64,000 nucleotides of DNA, from positions 6,671 to 70,670 of the forward strand of contig CANHDJ010000008.1 of the NCBI GenBank assembly GCA_947459425.1, in the 5' to 3' direction. A model generated the notes under the pieces. It searched no databases. It saw only the letters and a list, made by a program, of their open reading frames with translations, and was not told where the DNA came from. Below, piece after piece: positions 56,983 through 64,000 of this stretch. Every line of letters starts with the position of its first letter. The stretch's first letter is position 1. The position numbers and the translations under genes were made by a program. This stretch comes from Ignavibacteria bacterium (lineage in GTDB: Bacteria > Bacteroidota > Ignavibacteria > Kapaibacteriales > UBA4661).

Positions 56983-57160
56983 CCTGAAGTTACGCTTTCG
57001 CCAATTCCCCTTCACATTGTGAAGGGGTGTCAGTCGAGCGCAGCGCAGACTGACGGGGTAGCGCTTCGGTGATAACGCAGAAACACCCCGTCCTCGCTAT
57101 CGCTTGGACACCCCTCTTTGTCCCAAAGAGGGGAATATTGAGCATTCAAGCATAACTTCA
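56983..57160. other. Nested-palindrome intercistronic element (structured RNA or MITE-like insert)
   Basis: The outer inverted repeat is CTGAAGTTACGC (56983-56994) / GCATAACTTCAG (57149-57160), with one mismatch. Inner hairpins are at 57006-57026 (CCCCTTCAC-att-GTGAAGGGG), 57028-57053 (GTCAGTC..GACTGAC), 57051-57091 (GACGGGGT..ACCCCGTC) and 57110-57132 (CCCCTCTTT-gtccc-AAAGAGGGG). A competing long-range pairing joins AGGGGTGTC (57022-57030) with GACACCCCT (57106-57114). Confidence 0.6.
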
Positions 57161-57161
57161 G

Positions 57162-57722
57162 TTACTGAAACACCCGCGAAACACGCAATAAATCAGAGGA
57201 CAATTCCTGCCTTTGCGCCCGTGTCAAGGGCACATTAACGTACACTTTGGGCTTGCCGCCCTCAGCACCAATGCCAATAGCAACTTTCCCTGTTTCCACC
57301 AAAGCCGGTACGCCGGTTATCGTAAAAATTCCACGTTCCTCACAGATTTTTTGAATCGTGGCGGCTCCTGGTGCAACATAGACAACATCTGTTTCGCCAA
57401 GCCCCTTTAATGCTTGTTCCAGCTTCACGGCGCTGACGGAAATACCGATTTCAGTAAATGCTTTCATGGCTTCGTCTTTAACGCTTGCCGAGGCATCGGT
57501 ATAGACGATCGTAATTTTGGGCGAGGGCTTACTTTGCAAATTGCGATTAAAGGAAAAGACCTTTTTGAGCAATGCCACATGAATTCGCACCGGGATGGGC
57601 ATATCCTGTGCTTGTAGCGTTGTATTTGCGCCGCTACCAAGGCATAGCACGAGCAACAAGGTAAGAGCAATTTGCTTGAATGCCGATGAAAACATAGAAA
57701 ATGAGGAATAGTGAGAAATCAT
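57162..57722 (-). CDS. YfiR/DUF4154-like periplasmic protein
   Basis: 186-aa ORF with a signal peptide (LTLLLVLCLGSGANTTLQAQ). The size and the position between a TonB-dependent receptor and a HAMP-containing sensor match the usual DUF4154 context. Sequence-level recognition is weak. Confidence 0.45.
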   Translation of the reverse strand: MISHYSSFSMFSSAFKQIALTLLLVLCLGSGANTTLQAQDMPIPVRIHVALLKKVFSFNRNLQSKPSPKITIVYTDASASVKDEAMKAFTEIGISVSAVKLEQALKGLGETDVVYVAPGAATIQKICEERGIFTITGVPALVETGKVAIGIGAEGGKPKVYVNVPLTRAQRQELSSDLLRVSRVFQ

Positions 57723-57748
57723 TGAGTCAAATTCCTTTCAAAATATCA

Positions 57749-59803
57749 TCATTGGAAAGAAAGTGTGTAGGCAGCGCGAACAACAAACTCTCGTGATGGA
57801 CCGGGAAGCGGTTGATTTCCTGCGTTGTAGGGCTGAATAAACGCATAATTCGCACCCAAAATATCATACGCGCCAATACCAATATCCAAGCCCTGCACCG
57901 AAGCAATATTCCGCCATTGCAAAAAGGCATTAAGCAGCAAAATAGGTGCAAAACGCTGAAACTGCGTATTACCACTCGCATCATCTCCGGCGTACCCAAA
58001 GCGCTCACTGAGAAATGTTGCCGAAGGATTGATGGAAATATTATCATCAAAAAGACGAAAACTGGAATTAAGCGTGGCTTTGTGTTGGGCAAAACCCAAA
58101 AGAGCATTGTTGACTCCGGCAATCGCATACTCCGGCACCTGATTATCATTGGGCTGGTAGAAGGAGTAGTTGAGATTGACAAATCCCCAAAAATCTTTGA
58201 TGGAATACTCAAGTTCAAAGCCATTTGAACCGGTACGGGGATAATTAAAATAACTTTCCCGACCGTTGATCGTCGTAAAAACGATTGGGTTGGCAATGGA
58301 AACCGTAAAAAGATTTGCCGAAAGCAGCATATTGTAACTAAGTTGGTAGCCAAGTTGGAGTTCCAACGCCGTCGTGATTTCCGGGCGAACCCCTGCATTG
58401 ATGCGGATATTTTCAATCGTTGGAGCGCGGAAATTTTGCCCAAAGAGTAGTTTTGCATTGAAATCCCCAATAACCTTCGTCAGCCCCACCCACGGCACAG
58501 CAGCAAGTGGTACAGCGCTGTATTTGTCCACGCGAACTCCGGCATTGATGTTGACAATTGGATTTGTCCATAAACCTTGCACATACCCGCCAATATTCGT
58601 ATAGCCAACCGTATTGCTGGCGCTGACGACATTGCCCGCAGCGTCAAATACACGCTGGAATAATGACAATTGAGGCGAACGAGTATTCGCAACGGCATTA
58701 TCAGCAAATCCCTCCACGCCAACGGTCATAAAAAGGCTCGGAGTAACATCACCCGAAAGCGTTAAACTGCCAAGCGCACGAGTTGCCGTTTTATCAAAAA
58801 ACGAACCAAATGCCGTATTGGTAGAATCCAGTGCCGACGGGTCGCTAAATTGCCAAGGTGTTTGGCGAAGATAGCTAATGCGCGGCGTTAATGTCAGTTT
58901 TTCGGTGAGTTTGATGTCGTATTGCGCATCAATTCCCAAGGATGTAAAATTATTGGGAAGAGGCTTGCTGGTAATGGTCGTTCCGTAGCCAACCCATGTC
59001 TGGGAGTTAAAACGGTCATAGAAAGCGCGTACTTTTAAGCCCTGCCACGATATGCCGAAATTAACGTTCAAAGGGAGAAGCGTTTGATTGCCCAGCATCG
59101 GAATCAAGGTGCTGTCTGCACCAAGCAATGTGCGGTCACTGCGATTAGCCTGACCAATAAAAGCGGATGCGGAAACCGAAACATCGCCAAATTTTTTGCC
59201 GAAACTCAGCGTTCCATTTGCCCGACCAAAGCCGCCTTGCATCTGCCCGAAGTACCCGCTTGCCAACAAGCCATTCATATCCTCGCCTTTGCGGGTGATA
59301 ATATTGATAACGGCAAGTTCGGCATATCCGCCATAAAACGACGAGCCGGGACCACGAATAATCTCAATACGTTCAATAATATCCAATGGAAAATTATTCC
59401 CAAGCGGAGCATTCGCATAAAGGATTTCATTCATTTGCAATCCATCAACAAGGAAAAGAATTTTTCCCTCAAATCCCCACAGACCGCGTGTTCCCATGCC
59501 TGTTACGCCATTGACATCTTGCCCGAACTCAAACCCGGGGACTAAACGCAAGACATCAATCAAGTCACGTGCGCCCGAACGGACGATTTCATCACGTTTG
59601 ATAAGCGTGACTGTTCCCGGAATTTCCTTTTTGGAGAGGGGTTTTCTTGAGGCAACTTGCAAAACATCAAGGTCAAGAAGTTGGTCAAACGACAGTTTGT
59701 CAAGGTCTTGCATACTCAAATTCTCAGCATCTTGCGCCCGTGCGGTCGAGCCATAACAAAGACAGACGATTCCGCATACCAGCAGAAGGCGGAGTTGTTG
59801 CAT
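57749..59803 (-). CDS. TonB-dependent outer-membrane receptor
   Basis: The track ORF extends to 59866. The likely start is MQQLRLLLVCGIVCLCYGSTARAQD at 59803 (ATG verified). The plug domain has VTLIKRDEIVRSGARDLIDVLRLVPGFEF and IERIEIIRGPGSSFYGGYA. A long beta-barrel follows, with an aromatic-rich C-terminus. Confidence 0.85.
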   Translation of the reverse strand: MQQLRLLLVCGIVCLCYGSTARAQDAENLSMQDLDKLSFDQLLDLDVLQVASRKPLSKKEIPGTVTLIKRDEIVRSGARDLIDVLRLVPGFEFGQDVNGVTGMGTRGLWGFEGKILFLVDGLQMNEILYANAPLGNNFPLDIIERIEIIRGPGSSFYGGYAELAVINIITRKGEDMNGLLASGYFGQMQGGFGRANGTLSFGKKFGDVSVSASAFIGQANRSDRTLLGADSTLIPMLGNQTLLPLNVNFGISWQGLKVRAFYDRFNSQTWVGYGTTITSKPLPNNFTSLGIDAQYDIKLTEKLTLTPRISYLRQTPWQFSDPSALDSTNTAFGSFFDKTATRALGSLTLSGDVTPSLFMTVGVEGFADNAVANTRSPQLSLFQRVFDAAGNVVSASNTVGYTNIGGYVQGLWTNPIVNINAGVRVDKYSAVPLAAVPWVGLTKVIGDFNAKLLFGQNFRAPTIENIRINAGVRPEITTALELQLGYQLSYNMLLSANLFTVSIANPIVFTTINGRESYFNYPRTGSNGFELEYSIKDFWGFVNLNYSFYQPNDNQVPEYAIAGVNNALLGFAQHKATLNSSFRLFDDNISINPSATFLSERFGYAGDDASGNTQFQRFAPILLLNAFLQWRNIASVQGLDIGIGAYDILGANYAFIQPYNAGNQPLPGPSREFVVRAAYTLSFQ

Positions 59804-60149
59804 AGTACGGCGGATGGGGCTGTGGAAGCAATATATCATACACATCAAAAAAGCGTGAAAAATCAAGGTTGGGCTTCAATAAACCACTAAGATACAATTT
59901 TCTCATGGGACAAGAATAGTTTTTTTGCCGATTGTGCTAGTGGGTCGGTGGTTCTAGAATCTACGGCGGACGCGGGGACACGAGTGCAGTTCTCTGTGCC
60001 GCTTGGCAATGCGGAAGGATAATTCTCCTCGCCAAAAACGCTCAAATGGGTTTTGCATTCTTCCAAGATTTCAGTATGTTGAAGGCTGTAATTCTCTGCA
60101 AAATATTGTGATTTTGCTTCATCCGCACGTATTTTCCCCTCAATGTTCT

Positions 60150-61388
60150 ATGGAACTCGCTAACAACCGTTATACCCTTGGCGGCGTAGATATGCTCTCG
60201 CTCGTGGAAGAATTTGGAGCGCCGCTCTATGTCTATAATGCCGCGACGATTAAACGCCAATTTCAACGCCTTGACAGCGCCTTTTCCGGCGTTGAGCATC
60301 AAATAAAATATGCGTGCAAGGCGCTCACGAATATCAATATCTTGCGCTATATCCGTCAAATCGGTTGCGGCTTAGATACGGTCTCGCTGAATGAACTGCG
60401 CTTGGGATTGCAAGCGGGCTTTGCGGCAAACGATATTTTCTTTACGCCCAATAATGTTTCCTTCGAGGAAGTCCAAGAAGCAATCGCTCTGGGCGCACAG
60501 TTGAATTTAGATAATTTACCGATGCTGGAAAAACTGGGGCAGACCTACGGCAGCAGCGTTCCGGTTTGCGTTCGCATCAATCCGCACATTATGGCGGGCG
60601 GCAATGAAAAAATTTCGACAGGTCATATTAACTCGAAGTTCGGCGTTTCGATTACCCAACTGGATGACGTTGTTCGCATTGCCGAGAAATACAGCCTTGA
60701 CATTGCCGGACTCCATATGCACACGGGTTCGGAGATTGTTGACACCGATATTTTTCTGCAAGGCGCACAAATCCTGCTCGAAGCCGGGCGGCGTTTTCCC
60801 TCTATTCGCTTTTTTGATTTTGGCGGCGGCTTCAAAGTGCCGTACACGGCGGGCGACAAAGAGACCAATATCGAAGAACTCGGCTTACGACTTTCTGCGC
60901 TTTGCCATGAAGAAATGAAGCATCGCGGAACAAGGTTTTATGCGTGTTTCGAGCCGGGTAAATATTTGGTCAGCGAATCGGGAATGCTGCTTGTGCGCGT
61001 GAACGTCATCAAGCAAACTCCCGCCACAACCTTTGCCGGAGTGGATTCGGGGCTGAACCATCTCATTCGCCCGATGTTCTACAAAGCCCACCACGACATC
61101 ACCAATCTTTCCCATCCGCAAGGCGCGGTGAAACCGTATTCGGTAGCGGGCTATATCTGCGAAACGGACAATTTTGCGTGGGACAGAGCGATGAATGAAG
61201 CCCGCGTGGGCGACGTTCTGGCGTTTCATAATGCCGGCGCGTATGGAATAATGATGGCATCCAATTACAATTCCCGCCCGCGTCCCGCAGAAGTCTTGAT
61301 TATTGACGGAAAGGCACACCTCATCCGCCGCCGCGAAACGCTTGAAGATATTCTCCAAACGCAGGTTGCCCTTCCGCAACTTTGCTAA
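60150..61388 (+). CDS. lysA: Diaminopimelate decarboxylase
   Basis: The track ORF starts at 60003. The likely start is MELANNRYTLGG at 60150 (ATG verified). The PLP-lysine motif is IKYACKALTN. Other motifs are HMHTGS, FDFGGGF, EPGKYLVSESG, VAGYICETDNF and GAYGIMMASNYNSRPRP. Confidence 0.85.
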   Translation: MELANNRYTLGGVDMLSLVEEFGAPLYVYNAATIKRQFQRLDSAFSGVEHQIKYACKALTNINILRYIRQIGCGLDTVSLNELRLGLQAGFAANDIFFTPNNVSFEEVQEAIALGAQLNLDNLPMLEKLGQTYGSSVPVCVRINPHIMAGGNEKISTGHINSKFGVSITQLDDVVRIAEKYSLDIAGLHMHTGSEIVDTDIFLQGAQILLEAGRRFPSIRFFDFGGGFKVPYTAGDKETNIEELGLRLSALCHEEMKHRGTRFYACFEPGKYLVSESGMLLVRVNVIKQTPATTFAGVDSGLNHLIRPMFYKAHHDITNLSHPQGAVKPYSVAGYICETDNFAWDRAMNEARVGDVLAFHNAGAYGIMMASNYNSRPRPAEVLIIDGKAHLIRRRETLEDILQTQVALPQLC

Positions 61389-61411
61389 AAAGATTTTTTT
61401 CGGTATCGTTG

Positions 61412-61437
61412 AACAGGAGTGCGAACACAGTTCGCAC
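61412..61437 (+). repeat. REP-like hairpin motif copy (AACAGGAGTGCGAAC-aca-GTTCGCAC)
   Basis: Third locus of the motif, 24 nt after the lysA stop. It forms an 8-bp stem GTGCGAAC/GTTCGCAC. Confidence 0.65.
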
Positions 61438-61561
61438 CTTCTTCGTTACAGGCTCTGACTATTCACGCTCTTGATTCTCCATACGAGGCTTTATGCTTGC
61501 TGGAAGCCCGGTAAATACGATGCTTCGCCCCAAAAGGTCTCACCTCTTTTTTTATGATTGT

Positions 61562-64000
61562 ATGAAAACGCTTTTTACTCTCTCTTTACGGCTTTGCTGC
61601 CTCCTTTTTTGCTTGCTTGCTGCACCACGCCTCGCGGCGCAGGCTCCGGCGTGGGCTGATTTGCATAATTTTGGTGGCGCTGGGAACGACTATGCACGCC
61701 ATGTCGTTGTTGATAATACCAATAACGCTCTCTATGTCTGCGGGCAATTCCAAGGGGTAAACGTAGATTTTGACCCAAGCGCAGGCACTGCTTTACGCAC
61801 CAGTAACGGCGGCGGCGCTAATACCGATATGTTCATAGCAAAATACAATGCCACGACAGGCGCGTATATTTGGGCAATCAATATTGGCGGTGCGGGCGGT
61901 CTGAACATCGCATACCGCCTTGCTTTAGACGGAACTAATCTTTATGTCTGCGGGCAGTTTGGAGGATCGTGTAACTTCAATCCCTTGGGCGGTCCAATTA
62001 ATCGCACCTCGCTTGGTGCAGAAGATGGTTTCGTAGCTCAGTATGACTTTAACGGAGTTTGTAATTGGGTTACAGCCATGAATGCGGCAGGAGTACAATC
62101 TGCGACAGATATTACTCTTTCGGGTGGCAATATTTGGGCAACTGGTTTTTTTAACAGCGCAGCCAATTTTAATCCTGGTGGATCTGCGATAAATCTTACT
62201 CCATTGGGCGGCACGGATGATATTTTCCTAGTAAAGTACAACAAGGCAACAGGAATTGCCGCCTCTATTTCCGATGGCATTAGTATTGGTAGTGCAGCCG
62301 CAAATGACAGAGGCAATGGTATTATCGCTGACGGTGTAGGCAATGTCTGGATTACTGGTTTACTTGGCCCTGGAGCTGCCTCAAACTTTAACCCCCTTGG
62401 AGCCGCATTCAACCTCACGTCAGCAGGTGGAAGCGATGCTTTTGTTGCAAAATATGACAACACGCTGAACCTCGTTGGCGGGAATACTGCATTTTTATTA
62501 GGAACCGGGGGAGCCGATGATGGAGCATCGTTGGCAGTGGACGGGGCAAATAACCTTTATGTCGTTGGTTCCTTTAATGGGTTTGTCAATTTCAACCCTC
62601 TATCTACGGCAGTGAATCGCTTTTCAATTGGTTCGACGGATGCTTTTTTGGCAAGCTATACTCCTGCAGGTATTCTCCGTTGGGTGAACTCATTCGGTAC
62701 TCCTGTCCCGGACAGATTAGAGGATGTCGTCGTTATCGGCGGTTCGGTATATGTTTGCGGAATATCAGGGAATGGCATACTTGATCTAGACGGTGATGTA
62801 ACTTTTTCAAGCCCTACCGCCAATGGTGCTTCGCCTGCCGATATCTGGTTCGGGCGGTATGACGCAAATACAGGTGCTTACAAGAGTGCAAGGCGCTTGA
62901 TAAATGCGACAGGTAATGAAGCCGGATATGGGATAAGTGCGGACGGAGCAGGTGTTATCTACCTTGCCGGAAATACTAGCACGACATCTGTAGATCTTGA
63001 TCCTCGACCTGCAGCCGCAAATGTTCTCAATAGCACCAACGTTGGAGGAGATGATGCCGTTGTGATGCGCTATAACACGACTGCTGCTGAAACATACACC
63101 TGGAATGTAGGCCTAGGTGTATGGACAGCGACAGCAAATTGGACTCCTGCACGTGAGAATCCTGCCTCCGACGATATTCTGATTTTCCCCAACAACGGCA
63201 TGGCACAAAACGCCACCTCAACTCCTTTTCAACAGGTCGGCAGAATTACTGCTCAAAATCCCGCACCCAATGGCACGACGCTTACTGCCTTAGTACCGGG
63301 GTCGTTTCTACTCGTCAACGGCGATGCTTCTCCTTTCGATGTTGATATTCAAGCAATGGCACTCCTCACGCTTGGCAATGCTGCCAACCAAGCCGCTATC
63401 CGCGTTACCACCGGAAGCGTCTGCAACGTCGCCGCAACACTGCGTATCGGCTCTTTGCCCAATGCTCAATCCTACATCGGCGGTTGGGGAACACTGAATG
63501 TGACCAACACCGGGGCAATTTCGACCAGAGGTCCAAACGGTATTAACGGCTTGGGCTTGCAAAGTGGGGCAGTGCAGATTGATGTTGCAAGCGGCGGCAC
63601 TATCGCCTACGACAATGCAGCAAGTTTTAGTTTCGAGGGGCAGGGTGTTACGGGCTTTGGCGCTATTGCCATGAAGCCTGCTATTACTCAAGCAAAGGAC
63701 ATCAAGGTTTCTCTTGCCTTAGCGAATGAGCGGGTGATGTTGGACAATAGCGTCGTACTGAGTGGAGCGCTCAATATTGATGGAGCAGGTGCGGGTGCGC
63801 GGTTATGCGTTACCTCCGCTAATGTGCTGACACTTGGTCCGACGGGCAACGTGATTGATGCAACGGCTTCGTCGAAGGTCTTAGAAGTTATTAGTGGAAC
63901 GGTCAATAACCCCAATGCCGGAGGCTTAACGTTTCTGGGAGCCGCTCCACGACTAATTTTGTGCAGCGATGGCTCAATGGGAACATCGGGACTGTTTACG
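61562..64000 (+). CDS. Secreted SBBP-type beta-propeller repeat protein followed by beta-helix-like region (partial, runs off window end)
   Basis: This ORF is absent from the ORF track because no stop falls inside the window. I translated 61562..64000 by hand (813 codons) and found no stop. The signal peptide is MKTLFTLSLRLCCLLFCLLAAPRLAAQA. Repeated units fit the pattern D.A..V.VD..GN.Y..G.F.G...F.P.......S.G..D.F..KY (SBBP-like). From about 63090, a TYTWNVGLGVWTATANWTP... segment and G/T/N/A-rich repeats resemble the middle of the giant protein. Confidence 0.75.
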   Translation, partial: MKTLFTLSLRLCCLLFCLLAAPRLAAQAPAWADLHNFGGAGNDYARHVVVDNTNNALYVCGQFQGVNVDFDPSAGTALRTSNGGGANTDMFIAKYNATTGAYIWAINIGGAGGLNIAYRLALDGTNLYVCGQFGGSCNFNPLGGPINRTSLGAEDGFVAQYDFNGVCNWVTAMNAAGVQSATDITLSGGNIWATGFFNSAANFNPGGSAINLTPLGGTDDIFLVKYNKATGIAASISDGISIGSAAANDRGNGIIADGVGNVWITGLLGPGAASNFNPLGAAFNLTSAGGSDAFVAKYDNTLNLVGGNTAFLLGTGGADDGASLAVDGANNLYVVGSFNGFVNFNPLSTAVNRFSIGSTDAFLASYTPAGILRWVNSFGTPVPDRLEDVVVIGGSVYVCGISGNGILDLDGDVTFSSPTANGASPADIWFGRYDANTGAYKSARRLINATGNEAGYGISADGAGVIYLAGNTSTTSVDLDPRPAAANVLNSTNVGGDDAVVMRYNTTAAETYTWNVGLGVWTATANWTPARENPASDDILIFPNNGMAQNATSTPFQQVGRITAQNPAPNGTTLTALVPGSFLLVNGDASPFDVDIQAMALLTLGNAANQAAIRVTTGSVCNVAATLRIGSLPNAQSYIGGWGTLNVTNTGAISTRGPNGINGLGLQSGAVQIDVASGGTIAYDNAASFSFEGQGVTGFGAIAMKPAITQAKDIKVSLALANERVMLDNSVVLSGALNIDGAGAGARLCVTSANVLTLGPTGNVIDATASSKVLEVISGTVNNPNAGGLTFLGAAPRLILCSDGSMGTSGLFT

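Noticed and set aside
59867-60149. A possible lysine riboswitch (L-box) in the ~280-nt region upstream of lysA.
   Set aside because: I could not find the conserved L-box core elements I remember (GAGGCGC-type P1/P2 junction and CCGAA-containing loops). Only minor hairpins are present. An Rfam scan would be needed before making any claim.
20101-61437. The AACAGGAGTGCGAAC motif as degenerate CRISPR repeats.
   Set aside because: Copies are isolated at three distant loci, are not arrayed with regular spacers, and no cas genes are present. A REP-like interpretation fits better.

Overview
The window reads as a chromosomal segment from an FCB-group bacterium (Chlorobiota, Ignavibacteriota or Bacteroidota-like). 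The lineage guess rests on two complete ORFs ending in type-A T9SS C-terminal sorting domains, a TonB-dependent receptor, and DUF4154, 7TMR-DISM and Y_Y_Y type signalling proteins. I could not run any database search, so every call comes from motifs read by eye in the supplied translations and in the DNA. I support about 27 protein genes, one tRNA-Ser(GCU) and several non-coding repeat elements. There is no rRNA, CRISPR array, integrase, transposase or prophage gene. An 18-kb gene (about 26025..43976) dominates the window. It encodes a roughly 6000-aa T9SS-secreted surface protein with seven tandem NHL-propeller plus IPT modules, two beta-helix-like units, nine more IPT domains, LRRs, Ig/FN3 domains and a CTD. 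Housekeeping genes are rimO, lysA, a DUF255 thioredoxin-domain protein, a YfcC transporter and a MnmM/YtqB-like methyltransferase. Signalling content is dense: a TPR class III cyclase, an orphan histidine kinase, a SiaA/B/C-like partner switch lacking SiaD, and a seven-gene minus-strand cluster. That cluster runs TonB receptor, YfiR-like protein, MCP-like protein, 7TMR-DISM PP2C phosphatase, DUF4230 protein, ECF sigma and anti-sigma. The best candidates for an undescribed system are two. One is an SNF2 ATPase translationally coupled to a 663-aa partner with no recognisable motifs (12840..17794). The other is a stand-alone 1155-aa PD-(D/E)XK nuclease plus SF1B helicase fusion of Dna2/Nhi-like layout (193..3660). 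Non-coding finds are a 123-bp MITE-like element with 17-bp terminal inverted repeats and a 10-bp target-site-like duplication, a dispersed REP-like hairpin motif (AACAGGAGTGCGAAC...) at three loci, and a densely nested palindromic spacer inside the signalling operon. All functional assignments beyond motif level are inference.
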